A stretch of DNA of 64,000 nt from Fimbriimonadales bacterium (GTDB lineage Bacteria > Armatimonadota > Fimbriimonadia > Fimbriimonadales > ATM1): the NCBI GenBank assembly GCA_041744215.1, contig JBGTLG010000025.1:64001-128000 (forward strand). Reading direction: 5' to 3'. Positions 36,765 through 46,630 of the stretch are shown piece after piece (within the stretch, counting starts at the first letter, position 1; each line of letters opens with the position of its first letter). The notes beneath the pieces are model-generated. The model ran no database searches. It saw only the letters and a program-made list of their open reading frames with translations, and was not told the DNA's origin. The translations under genes were made by a program, and so were the position numbers.

Positions 36765-38347
36765 AGCACGACCGGAGCTTCTATTGCATGCTCCCCGCCT
36801 GCCACCCAGAGATGGTGGCTGACCCGCCAGGCGTGCCACGCTGCTTGGTCTGCCCACCGAATGAAGTCAAGCGTTACGAGCGTGGCCTCTTGTGTCGACT
36901 GGCCCGCCGCGACCTTCGCCAAGGCAGAATGGCGAATCGTCTGCAACGCTGGCTGCAACAGATTCACGTACTCCTCCAGCTGGCCTCTGGCAGTTGCGGG
37001 ATCGCGTTCGTGCCACTCGGAAAGGGACTCGAACACGTGGCGCAATCGCGCCCTGGACTGTCCGTCGAAGTCAGAGGGCACTTGCGGGAAGACCCGCATC
37101 AATCGTTCAAGTTCTGTAAGGTGGTCCAAAGCATGCAGGTTGGATACGTGGCGCCGGTACTCGCTTGGGTCTTGGGGATTTATAGCGATCACCTCCATAA
37201 ACCTCCTGGCTTCATCCAGCGCAGGCAGCGCCTGATTCGCGGCGTCGCGAGCGGCGGCGCGGCCATGCTCAACCGACATCGCGGTGGCACCGGCCTTGCC
37301 TAGGATCATGCTGACGTCTTCCAGTGTTCTCCGAACCGCCTCGATCCCGACAGCCCCAACCTGTGCAACGCTTTTATCAAGTCGGTACGCAATAGGGCTC
37401 TTTCTATCGGGAAGGAGACGCTCGACGAACTTTGAGAACGGGATCGTGAGAGGCAAAAAGACCAAGACTCCAACCAAATTGAATGCCGTGTGAAACGCAG
37501 CGACGCTGACTGCGGCCGGATCGCCAGGGATCAGACGGCGAACGCCTTCAGAGATTGACTCGAGAGTGGGCAGCGCTACCAGCGCGATGACTCCAGTTCC
37601 CAGATTGAAGAGGATGTGCGCCACGGCTGTCCGCTTCGCTGGAACGGATGCCCCGATCGCGGCGAAGGTAGCCGTTACTGTCGTTCCAATGTTCTGGCCA
37701 ATGACGAGCGCAGCAGCCTCGGGCACACCAATCGCTCCAGCGCTCAATGCCGTCAATGTAGTGGCCACCGCTGCACTTGAGGATTGCATCACGACGGTCA
37801 TCGCCGCGCCGATGCCGACAAGCGCGAGAATTCCAAGGATGGATCCGCCGTCGATTCCGTCGAGCGAAATCCTGTCGGCGAGTCCTCCCATGCCGACTTG
37901 TAGCGTGTCGATTCCGACAAAGATAAGTCCGAATCCAGCGAGAGCCGTTCCGAGAGCAACAACTCGGCCCCTGCCCAGCATTCGAACAGCGGCCCCAATG
38001 CCAACAAATGGCAGTGCTGCGAGTGAGACGTCGAACTTCAGACCGACGAGCGAGACGAGCCATCCCGTGCTCGTGGTTCCGAGGTTTGCTCCGATGATTA
38101 CGGCAATTGCGCTGGAAAACGCGATCAACCCTGCGCTCACGAAGCCGATTGTCATCACCGTTGTCGCACTCGATGACTGAACAAGCGCAGTAACGCCAAG
38201 TCCCGCAAGAAACCCACGAATCGAGCCGCCGGTGAATCGGGTAAGTGCGCGGCGCAACGCGTCACCTGCGAGGCTCCGCAGCCCCTCGGTTAGTAGGGAC
38301 ATTCCGAGGATGAAGAGGCCCACTCCACCAAGAAGGTACGCGATCAC
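36761..38347 (-). CDS. Na/Pi cotransporter family protein
   Basis: Duplicated QSSSA motifs, GANLGTT, GQNIGTT. Confidence 0.92.
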   Translation of the reverse strand: MIAYLLGGVGLFILGMSLLTEGLRSLAGDALRRALTRFTGGSIRGFLAGLGVTALVQSSSATTVMTIGFVSAGLIAFSSAIAVIIGANLGTTSTGWLVSLVGLKFDVSLAALPFVGIGAAVRMLGRGRVVALGTALAGFGLIFVGIDTLQVGMGGLADRISLDGIDGGSILGILALVGIGAAMTVVMQSSSAAVATTLTALSAGAIGVPEAAALVIGQNIGTTVTATFAAIGASVPAKRTAVAHILFNLGTGVIALVALPTLESISEGVRRLIPGDPAAVSVAAFHTAFNLVGVLVFLPLTIPFSKFVERLLPDRKSPIAYRLDKSVAQVGAVGIEAVRRTLEDVSMILGKAGATAMSVEHGRAAARDAANQALPALDEARRFMEVIAINPQDPSEYRRHVSNLHALDHLTELERLMRVFPQVPSDFDGQSRARLRHVFESLSEWHERDPATARGQLEEYVNLLQPALQTIRHSALAKVAAGQSTQEATLVTLDFIRWADQAAWHAWRVSHHLWVAGGEHAIEAPVVL

Positions 38348-38516
38348 TTTGCCGCGCTCCGATTGGCGCGGCGTGCGACGATCATGCCATGACTCTACCG
38401 CGCAGCGGACTACTCGGGCTGATGAGAAGCTAAGCAGGCGGAGGGACGGTTCTTGTGCGTACGCCGAAAAAAATGTGTTGGCGCAATTGACACACCCTCA
38501 CCGCCCCTGCGCCCGC

Positions 38517-39194
38517 TTAGGCCGCTTGTTTATGGCTTTGGTTGTCCATCTGCGCCCACAGGTCATTGTCTGCTTCGCGCACCGCTTGCATAAATGCTCG
38601 AATCGCGCCATGGTCTTTGGCTCCCGGCGCAGACTCAACACCTTCGCAAACGTCGACTGCATATGGCCTAACAGTTCTTATCGCTTCGCCGACGGAATCG
38701 GGTGTCAGTCCCCCTGCAAGGATCACAGGAAGGCGACATGCCTGAACAAACTCGGATGCGACGTCCCAATTCAGACCTGTGGTCGAGCGATCCCACTTTG
38801 GGCAGTATGTATCGAGGAGAAATGCTGACGCCACTCGCTGAATCTCGAGCAACTCATCGACAGTTGCTTCGGCATCAAGCCGCAGTGCGCGCACATGCGC
38901 CTTCGGCGGGCCGCCTCCAACACTTACGATAACCGGCAACTTCCCTTCTTCCGACTGCAGCACATCGAAGAATGACAACTGAGGCGGCAACAGAAATTTT
39001 GGAACTCTCTGAAACACCGCAACCATCGTCACAAACGGAGGGACGTGATGCTTGCGGCGAAACATCTCGTTGTCTTGCCTGACGAAGCGCGGGCTCTTGG
39101 TTTCTAAGACAAGGCCAATTGCGCTCGCTCCATAACTGACGGACGCTTCTAGGTCTTCCCATCGCGTCACTCCACAAATCTTTACTCGCGTCAT
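38517..39194 (-). CDS. trpF: Phosphoribosylanthranilate isomerase
   Basis: VKICGVT, SPRFV, LLD, ILAGGLTP, VDVCEGVESAPGAKD. Confidence 0.88.
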   Translation of the reverse strand: MTRVKICGVTRWEDLEASVSYGASAIGLVLETKSPRFVRQDNEMFRRKHHVPPFVTMVAVFQRVPKFLLPPQLSFFDVLQSEEGKLPVIVSVGGGPPKAHVRALRLDAEATVDELLEIQRVASAFLLDTYCPKWDRSTTGLNWDVASEFVQACRLPVILAGGLTPDSVGEAIRTVRPYAVDVCEGVESAPGAKDHGAIRAFMQAVREADNDLWAQMDNQSHKQAA

Positions 39195-39285
39195 CTCGGT
39201 TCCTCCGCAGTTGGATATTCCCGCGATGTTGCTGGGAGCCTTAGGTGCAAATACGGGGATCCCTCGGCCCGCGCATGGGAGCTCG

Positions 39286-39831
39286 TTACTTCGCGTGGAG
39301 GATATCGCCGGTCGCGCGATTGAAGCGAATCTTCTTGCCCCAGTTCAAAGTTATCTCGACGATATTCGGCGAATCGCTGAATTGAAGATCGATTCCGGAC
39401 GACCACCACCGGGAAGAAACTGTGGCTAAAACGTGATTGGTGATTTCGTCAGCGGTTAGTAAGTCTTCAAGTCGGTAGTCTTTGAGTGTGCGACCATCAT
39501 TCGCGTACATCACAAACGAGTGCTCGTATCCAACGCGACCCCAGACATCAAGCGTTACAACTGTTTCAGCTTGAGGTGAGACGTACACTCGGTGTGGAAC
39601 GTACTTGAGCGTCTGCTCCCATTTGCTGCGTCTTTCGGTACCGTCATATGTGAATGCTCGAAAAATGATAGCATTCGGATTGTTTCCTGATACGTTTCTT
39701 GATATCAGCACCTCGACGCCCGCTGAGCCATCTTCAGCCGCGAAAACTCGCGAGTAGGGAGGGATCCAACTGTCCGCAAGAGCGGAAGCAGAAATTGCGA
39801 GTACGCAGGTTGTAAGTAGGAGTAGCTTCAT
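39286..39831 (-). CDS. Hypothetical exported protein
   Basis: MKLLLLTTCVLAISASALA-DSW signal peptide; globular-looking composition. Confidence 0.65.
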   Translation of the reverse strand: MKLLLLTTCVLAISASALADSWIPPYSRVFAAEDGSAGVEVLISRNVSGNNPNAIIFRAFTYDGTERRSKWEQTLKYVPHRVYVSPQAETVVTLDVWGRVGYEHSFVMYANDGRTLKDYRLEDLLTADEITNHVLATVSSRWWSSGIDLQFSDSPNIVEITLNWGKKIRFNRATGDILHAK

Positions 39832-39945
39832 TTGTTGACTCACTTCCATTTGACGCGCTACTGATTGCCACCGTTGCGTCCCTGTGGGCACAATCGCCGT
39901 TTCCGACTGCAACTGTGGATATTCGTCTAAAATTACCAGTCGCCT

Positions 39946-40746
39946 ATGAATGTTCTACTCGCAGTTTGTCTTCTTCTCGCCCCCCAGGCTACTGAATCTC
40001 GTGTGGAGCTCGACATCGCGTACATCGAGGGCGGAAGCGAGAAGCAGAAGCTTGATCTGTATCTGCCTGATGGCAGCAACTTTCCCACCATCGTGTTCGT
40101 ACACGGTGGCGCATGGGTCAACGGGGATCGGAAGATGCCTCCTTACGCAGCGATTGGAAGAGTCTTCCAGCAATCCGGAATTGCTTGCGCAGTGATCAGC
40201 TATCGACTTTCCCCGGGCGTGCAGCATCCTGCCCATACCGAGGATGGGGCTGCGGCCTTCGCGTGGACTTTGAAGAATATTGCTAAGCGGGGCGGAAACG
40301 AGTCGAAGGTTTTCCTCGCTGGGCACAGTGCAGGTGGGCATATAGTCGCGCTGATCGCATCGGATGAAACTTATCTTGCGAAGCACCAGATTAAGCTTTC
40401 GGATATAGCGGGCTGCGTACCGATGGGCGCCGTGTTGGATGTTCGTGGACTCGGCGCACTCTCAAGCGGCGGCACGATTTTCAAAGTAGGCACAGAGAGT
40501 CTTACATCGGCCAGTCCGCTCACTCATTTGCGAAAAGAAATGCCACGCACATTGCTGATGGTCGCGGAGCGCGACATGCCAATACTCATCACCCAAGCAA
40601 AGCGGTACGCGGAGAAGGCAAAGGAGATAGAGGCGCCGGTCACTTTCTTTGAAATGCCTGATCGTGATCATATTACGACGATAACAAAGCTCATGACCAA
40701 GGATGATGTCGTCGTGAAGAAAATCGTCGAGTTTGTTTCAAAGTAG
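39946..40746 (+). CDS. Alpha/beta hydrolase (HSL-like esterase)
   Basis: LDLYLP, HGGAW, GHSAGG. Confidence 0.9.
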   Translation: MNVLLAVCLLLAPQATESRVELDIAYIEGGSEKQKLDLYLPDGSNFPTIVFVHGGAWVNGDRKMPPYAAIGRVFQQSGIACAVISYRLSPGVQHPAHTEDGAAAFAWTLKNIAKRGGNESKVFLAGHSAGGHIVALIASDETYLAKHQIKLSDIAGCVPMGAVLDVRGLGALSSGGTIFKVGTESLTSASPLTHLRKEMPRTLLMVAERDMPILITQAKRYAEKAKEIEAPVTFFEMPDRDHITTITKLMTKDDVVVKKIVEFVSK

Positions 40747-40751
40747 ATTCC

Positions 40752-42248
40752 TCACCGACCCACCGATGCGAATGCTTCGTATCGATATTCAATCACGGCC
40801 TTTTGACCTGCCGGCACCTTTACCGTCCACTCCAGCACGTTTCGAGAGTTCGGGCTGTTTGGCAAGATTTGCGTGTCTTTGACCTTCCCACCGCTCATCA
40901 CGTCGACGATGCGACCATTCGCAGTCTTCGTGATGCGAATCTCTGCTTCTCTGCTGCGAAAGTTCTCGACTGTCAAAGTCCCACGCATCAGAATGGGCAC
41001 GAACCTGGTTTCCCCGAAGACGATCGGTTCGCCGCGCGAAACTTCATTCTGAGCGCTTTCAACTTTGATGCCGACCGCTCTTGCCATGCGCAACTCCGCG
41101 TCATCGCCATTCGCCGTGTACTGCATTGTCGCCTGTCCGACCGGCCGCATCTCCTCGATAACAAATACTGGACCCACCGTGAACGGGTGTCCGGTCGTGT
41201 TCTTTAACTTTAGGATGTAGTCGACCTGGTCGGTGTCAGCGTTCCACTCGAAGAATGGCGTGACCGGGATTTCGCTCTCGAAGATGGTCGTCATTGCGCG
41301 CTCACCCGGACGCAAGCTGAATTTAGGTTTCGTGTAGTACTGCAGCTCTCCTGACGCTTGGGCCGGAGGTGGCGCGGCGGGCCTACCCGAGATTCCACCA
41401 CCGAGTCCGCCACCACCAGCAGGTGCCCCAGATTCACGCTTCGCCGCCGACTCTTGGTCGCGCAGAATCAGGGCAGCTTCGGCGGGGCCGAGAAGTATCT
41501 TGTCTATATCTGCAGGCACGAATCGCGACATGTATCCCTGAAGCAGCCAATCGATCTGTGCAATGTTGAGCAGGCTTGGCGCACCAATCACGAACACGAG
41601 ATTTGCAGACTGCAGTTCTTCAGGCAGGTCTATGAGTGTGCCGCGCAAGGTGAGTCGCGCGCGACTCCCGTTCGTGATTTCCATCATGTAGCTCGGCTCC
41701 CATCGGACACCCGCTTGGATGTAAGAGATGCCGATACCAGCGCGCCCATTCGGCGATCGGGTGTTGAGCTTGAAGCGAACCGGGAAATCAGTTAGCGTGA
41801 TCGAAGCGATCGACTCGTACTCAACGGCCTTGATTCCGCCCGCTTCTTCCTTCAGTAAAAGCATGTCGTCGAGAACCGTGCGGAGGAGACCTTCAGACGC
41901 GATGTTCCCTTTGGCCACGATCTTCAACCGCAACCCGACTTTTCCGGAGAGCTTCGCCTTGATTTCGGACGGCGAGTCGAATTGTATGCGATTGTCATTC
42001 GTTGTGACTACGGTGTCAACTCGGTCGGCAGGATTCAGCGGATAAACCCAGTACGTTCCACTCGCCGCTCTCGGTACAAGGTTGGTTGTCGCCCAGCCGT
42101 CTTCTAAAACGGCGGAGCCCTCGCGGATGTAAAACCCAAACCCTTCTTTGAAGACCACGAGGGTCTTGAGTTCTGATTGGAATGCGAGGTTGTTCGATTG
42201 CGCGCTTTGCGATATGAGCGTAGTGGCGAGCATTAACTCTAGGATCAT
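40752..42248 (-). CDS. Exported DUF4139-like protein
   Basis: Signal peptide; LVVFKEG, SYI..G.RW.PSY, LKNTTG, LEWTVKVPAG..IEYRY. Confidence 0.6.
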   Translation of the reverse strand: MILELMLATTLISQSAQSNNLAFQSELKTLVVFKEGFGFYIREGSAVLEDGWATTNLVPRAASGTYWVYPLNPADRVDTVVTTNDNRIQFDSPSEIKAKLSGKVGLRLKIVAKGNIASEGLLRTVLDDMLLLKEEAGGIKAVEYESIASITLTDFPVRFKLNTRSPNGRAGIGISYIQAGVRWEPSYMMEITNGSRARLTLRGTLIDLPEELQSANLVFVIGAPSLLNIAQIDWLLQGYMSRFVPADIDKILLGPAEAALILRDQESAAKRESGAPAGGGGLGGGISGRPAAPPPAQASGELQYYTKPKFSLRPGERAMTTIFESEIPVTPFFEWNADTDQVDYILKLKNTTGHPFTVGPVFVIEEMRPVGQATMQYTANGDDAELRMARAVGIKVESAQNEVSRGEPIVFGETRFVPILMRGTLTVENFRSREAEIRITKTANGRIVDVMSGGKVKDTQILPNSPNSRNVLEWTVKVPAGQKAVIEYRYEAFASVGR

Positions 42249-42306
42249 TCTACGTATCTTCCTCCAGTGCTTAGGACGGACAGGGTGAGAAGGAGTTACC
42301 CGCTAG

Positions 42307-42681
42307 CTACGTCAACATTGCCGCACAAGGAATGAACGCGACCCAATCGAAGTCGAATTCCTGCACGTCTTGCCCGAGCGAGTCGGGGGAGTAGGGTCGG
42401 TCATGAAACCAGAACTCGGCTCTGAAGCCCTTGAAATTGGTCGCCTCGCGATCGATGCTGATGCGGACGGCAGCGCCATCGGAGGTCCCGTGAGTCGAGT
42501 TGACCGGGATGACGACGGCATCAGCGAATTCACCGCTGATCATGTAGGACGCATTTTCCGTAAAGTTGAATGCTTCCTTCCACTCTACGAAGCGAGAGGC
42601 TTCGTCTCCTGCCGTTTTGACCTCAGAGCAGCGTCCAAAGAGCATTATTGTTCTCGCCAAATTTGGCCTCCCACCGAGCAC
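42307..42681 (-). CDS. Small hypothetical protein (start uncertain)
   Basis: Plausible beta-rich sequence ending FDWVAF; fills the intergenic gap. Confidence 0.4.
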   Translation of the reverse strand: MLGGRPNLARTIMLFGRCSEVKTAGDEASRFVEWKEAFNFTENASYMISGEFADAVVIPVNSTHGTSDGAAVRISIDREATNFKGFRAEFWFHDRPYSPDSLGQDVQEFDFDWVAFIPCAAMLT

Positions 42682-42734
42682 AAGCGCCTGTCGGTTGAGG
42701 ATAAGACGAGCGGATTCGGCAAAATGGGCGCGAA

Positions 42735-44207
42735 TTGAGCGAATTGAAGAGAACGGCCGTCACGGGGTTTCTTTGGCAGGCGTTCGGGTCGGTGGGTCAG
42801 CGAGGCGCGGCTTTCGTCGCGACGCTGGTTCTCGCACGCTTCTTGGCGAAGGAGGACTTTGGCGTCGTGGCAGTTGCCCTGTCGGTGGTGGCGATGCTCG
42901 AATTGTTCCGGGACGGAGGGATTGCGAACGCTGTCGTCGTTTATCAGGGGGATGAGGAGAGACTCGCGCCTACAGCATTCTGGATGCTGTTGATACCGGG
43001 TGTGATTCTCTCGGCATCCGTTATTGTCGCCGCACCACATCTGGAGCAATGGTTCGGCTACGCGCGGCTGGGCGTGATTTTGCAAGCAATGGCAGCTGCT
43101 CAGTTTCTGGACACTTTTCGGATCGTGCCGAACGCTTTGCTTGGCCGGCGGCATATGTTTCGGCAGCGAGCGATTGCAGACACGACCGCTGTCTTCGTTG
43201 CGATGTTGGTCGCGGTGATCTCCCTGTTCGTGCTTCCAGCCGAACATCAGATTTGGTCGCTCGCGATGATGTGGATTGTTCGTTGCGTAGTGGCAGCCAT
43301 TGTTTTCAACATAATTCTCCCTGTAGTTCCGCGATTCGTGTTTGATCGGAAGATTGCTAAACGGTTGGCGAAGACGGGTTCAGGCATGCTCCTCTCAAAT
43401 ATTCCGAGCGGGTCGCTGGAATGGGTCGCTACTGTGATCGTCGGAAAGCGCACGAGCGAAGCGGCAGCAGGCATGTACCGAGTCGGATCGAGTCTCGCGC
43501 TGCCGGCTGCGTTGATCGGCAACTCTGCAAACATCACCCTGTTTCCGATTCTCGCCCGTCACCGGGACGACATGGGCGTCTTCATTGAGCGAGCGTTGCG
43601 ATCGATGCGAGCCGTGAACACACTCACTCTTGCCTTTGTCGGGTGGTTTGTCATCGTGGCGCCCAGTCTTGTGCCGTTTTTGCTTGGCGAAAGGTGGTCG
43701 ACGGCGGTTCCCGCAGCTCAATGGCTGGTCGTTGCAACTGCACTCAAAGCGTTGACTTTTCTTTGCAGCACGCCGCTGTTGGCGGCAGAGAGAAACTCGT
43801 ATGCCGCATTCACATGGTGGGTTGCCTTCGGAGTAATGCTTGCGCTGCTCCCATTCGTGCCCTATGGGATCGAGAATGCGACGACCCCCGCGATGCTGAC
43901 GGCGATCGCGATGGGTGCCGGGGCCGCGACTGGAGTCGTTATGCTATCGGTCGGCCTCAAGTTTCCACCAGGACGAGTTATGGTTGCGCTTTTGCCCGGT
44001 GTCCTGATCGCAGGGGCGACCGCGGGAGTGACGTTTGGAGTTAACGCTTTGCCGCTGGAACTCCCCGACTGGGGTCGGATCCTGCTAGTCAGTGTGGCGT
44101 ACGGCCTCGTGTTCTTGCCCATCTGCGGCAGAATCATGGGTGACGGCTGGTTCTCCTTGGCCCGAATTGCGGGATGGAAGGCATTGCTTCGATCACCATC
44201 GGAATAG
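42735..44207 (+). CDS. Oligosaccharide flippase (Wzx/PST family)
   Basis: VLARFLAKEDFG, many TM helices, LLGERW. Confidence 0.88.
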   Translation: MSELKRTAVTGFLWQAFGSVGQRGAAFVATLVLARFLAKEDFGVVAVALSVVAMLELFRDGGIANAVVVYQGDEERLAPTAFWMLLIPGVILSASVIVAAPHLEQWFGYARLGVILQAMAAAQFLDTFRIVPNALLGRRHMFRQRAIADTTAVFVAMLVAVISLFVLPAEHQIWSLAMMWIVRCVVAAIVFNIILPVVPRFVFDRKIAKRLAKTGSGMLLSNIPSGSLEWVATVIVGKRTSEAAAGMYRVGSSLALPAALIGNSANITLFPILARHRDDMGVFIERALRSMRAVNTLTLAFVGWFVIVAPSLVPFLLGERWSTAVPAAQWLVVATALKALTFLCSTPLLAAERNSYAAFTWWVAFGVMLALLPFVPYGIENATTPAMLTAIAMGAGAATGVVMLSVGLKFPPGRVMVALLPGVLIAGATAGVTFGVNALPLELPDWGRILLVSVAYGLVFLPICGRIMGDGWFSLARIAGWKALLRSPSE

Positions 44208-44253
44208 AACGATTTGTAAATGCCAATCGTCGGAGATAAGTAGGCGAAGCTTA

Positions 44254-45171
44254 ATGACGACTTGCCCCAAGTGTGCAGCTCCCGTCATAGCAGATGCGCA
44301 GTTTTGCGCGAACTGCGGCGCACCGCCGGGCGCCCTGCACAAGCCAAGGTACTTAACCCCACTTTTGATCGTAAGTTCGTTGATCGTAGCGGTGTTTGCT
44401 CTTTGGGGCGTTTCGGCCTCTGGGGTGCTCGGTTCGAGCGCATCGCGAGGCCATATTGCTCTGTCCGCGACCGGCGACGGGGGCGTCGACGTACTCGCGA
44501 CGCCTAAGCTTGAAGGCACCGATACGCTGGCGATCACTGCGGAACTGCCGCCCCCGAGTTTAGAAGTCGTCGCAGGCAGGATGCCTCAAGATATCAGCGA
44601 CTGGCTAGATCATCTGCTTCGGACGCACAATCGGCTTCGCGGGCTCAACCGATCGCTAAGCGATGAACACGCTATGGCGAGGAGTTCGCTTTCGCCAAAC
44701 ACCTTTTCCGAAGGCAGCGCCGCGGAGGCAGCGGCGGACGACGCCCGGCGGCGCGGTCAGGCACAGAACACACTGGAATCCGTCAATGCGTTTTTTGTCG
44801 ATGTGAGCCGAGAGTTTCGCTCGGCGCCGGCGCCTCGGGAGTGTGAGCCGTTAGCGATGCTGTATGGGGCGGCGCTAGGCGACATACCTGTGATGATCGA
44901 GGAGCTGATGTCTGCGGTGCAAGATCTCGACCTCGTGAAGGCCCAGTCGGTTGGGGCCAAGCACCGTCCCCTCGTTGAAGGGCGGATCTCGGAGACCAAT
45001 CGGCTGATTAGTGAGTTATCTGAACGGTACGGCGTCGCAAACCGTTGGCGGTTGGTGGAGGACACGGACTACGGCATGGGCGGAATGCTCGGGATGGGCG
45101 GCTTAGGCTTGTCGGGTGATGCCATGAAGGAGTACGGTGAGCTCTTAAGAGAGCTGCTTGAGGAAGAGTAG
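44254..45171 (+). CDS. Zinc-ribbon domain membrane protein
   Basis: CPKC...AQFCANCG followed by a TM helix. Start at ATG 44254. Confidence 0.75.
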   Translation: MTTCPKCAAPVIADAQFCANCGAPPGALHKPRYLTPLLIVSSLIVAVFALWGVSASGVLGSSASRGHIALSATGDGGVDVLATPKLEGTDTLAITAELPPPSLEVVAGRMPQDISDWLDHLLRTHNRLRGLNRSLSDEHAMARSSLSPNTFSEGSAAEAAADDARRRGQAQNTLESVNAFFVDVSREFRSAPAPRECEPLAMLYGAALGDIPVMIEELMSAVQDLDLVKAQSVGAKHRPLVEGRISETNRLISELSERYGVANRWRLVEDTDYGMGGMLGMGGLGLSGDAMKEYGELLRELLEEE

Positions 45172-45234
45172 AGCCAGAAAGACTGGTCCATCGTGCATGC
45201 ACACTCGTCTACAGGATAAAATAGTCCCTAACCC

Positions 45235-46629
45235 TTGAGCGCCCTGAAGATTTACGATTCTCTCTCCCGCACGCTCGTGGACTTTTCTCCTCGGGACCCA
45301 GGGAAGGTTGGGATTTACGCTTGCGGATTGACCCCGCAGGCGCCAGCTCACATCGGGCATATGAGGGGTGCGGTTCTATTCGACGTTGTTCGCCGATGGC
45401 TGAGGCATCTCGGATACTCGGTTGACTTCGTACAGAACTTCACCGACATCGACGACAAGATCATCCGGAAGTCTCAAGAGGAGGGCATCTCGCCGGAGGC
45501 AGTTGCCGCCAAGTACGGGCAGATGTACTTCGACGACTTAGAGCTGCTTGGTGTGGAGCCAGCGCGCTGGGTTTACGTGACGAAGAGCATCCCGGAAATC
45601 GTCGCCATGATCGAAAGGATCATCGAGCGGGGGCATGCGTACGCCGCTGGCGGTGACGTTTACTTTCGCGTGAGCTCGCTTCCGCAGTACGGAAAACTGA
45701 GCCGGAGAAAGATCTCGGAGATGCAGGCGGGGGCGCGAATCGAAATCGATGAACGAAAAGAGCACCCGATGGACTTCGCTCTCTGGAAGTCCGCGAAACC
45801 TGGCGAACCGAGCTGGGAGAGTCCGTGGGGAGCGGGGCGTCCTGGGTGGCACATCGAGTGTTCTGCTCTGTCGTTACAAGAGCTTGGGCCGAACTTCGAC
45901 ATCCATGCCGGCGGCGTCGACCTGGTCTTCCCACACCATGAGAATGAGATCGCGCAGAGCGAAGCATATCTCGGTTCGGCCGAGTTTGCCCGGATTTGGA
46001 TGCACTGGGGCTCAGTTCGGATGGCCGGGGACAAGATGAGCAAGTCTGTCGGGAACGTTTTAGCAGTTCGGGAGGCGATCGCGAAATATTCTGCCAGCGC
46101 CGTCCGTCTCTTGCTATTGGGTACTGACTACCGTAGCCCGATCGAGTACTCGGACGAGCGGATGGCTGAGGCCCAAGCCGGCCTCAATCGGATCCAAACC
46201 GCGCTTGCTCGTGCGCGCCAGATGTTCGGGGATGGGTCAGGCGAACCTGCCGATCCCGAGTACACGGCTCGGTTCGCAGCGGCTATGAACTATGACTTTA
46301 ACACCGCTGCAGCTACTGCAGTTTTGTACGAAGTCGTTCGTGAGTTGAACGAGCTGATGGCGAATGGCGTTGAAGGAAAGGGCTCTCGTGCGACGACCCT
46401 CATCCGAACGGCGGATGAGTTAAGCGGTCTTTTAGGCCTAAGGACGGAACACCGGTTCGGTGAGACCGATCAAACGGAAGGCCGTCTAATGGAGTTGTTG
46501 GTCGGCCTGCGCAAGGACTTGCGGCAGGCTAAAATGTTTGAGTTGGCCGATAAGATAAGAGAAGACTTGAAGGATATGGGCATTCAGCTGGAAGATTCGG
46601 TGGAAGGAACCACCTGGAGAAAATCTTAG
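45235..46629 (+). CDS. cysS: Cysteine--tRNA ligase
   Basis: HIGH, NFTDIDDKII, GRPGWHIECS, FPHHENE, KMSKS. Confidence 0.97.
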   Translation: MSALKIYDSLSRTLVDFSPRDPGKVGIYACGLTPQAPAHIGHMRGAVLFDVVRRWLRHLGYSVDFVQNFTDIDDKIIRKSQEEGISPEAVAAKYGQMYFDDLELLGVEPARWVYVTKSIPEIVAMIERIIERGHAYAAGGDVYFRVSSLPQYGKLSRRKISEMQAGARIEIDERKEHPMDFALWKSAKPGEPSWESPWGAGRPGWHIECSALSLQELGPNFDIHAGGVDLVFPHHENEIAQSEAYLGSAEFARIWMHWGSVRMAGDKMSKSVGNVLAVREAIAKYSASAVRLLLLGTDYRSPIEYSDERMAEAQAGLNRIQTALARARQMFGDGSGEPADPEYTARFAAAMNYDFNTAAATAVLYEVVRELNELMANGVEGKGSRATTLIRTADELSGLLGLRTEHRFGETDQTEGRLMELLVGLRKDLRQAKMFELADKIREDLKDMGIQLEDSVEGTTWRKS

Positions 46630-46630
46630 G

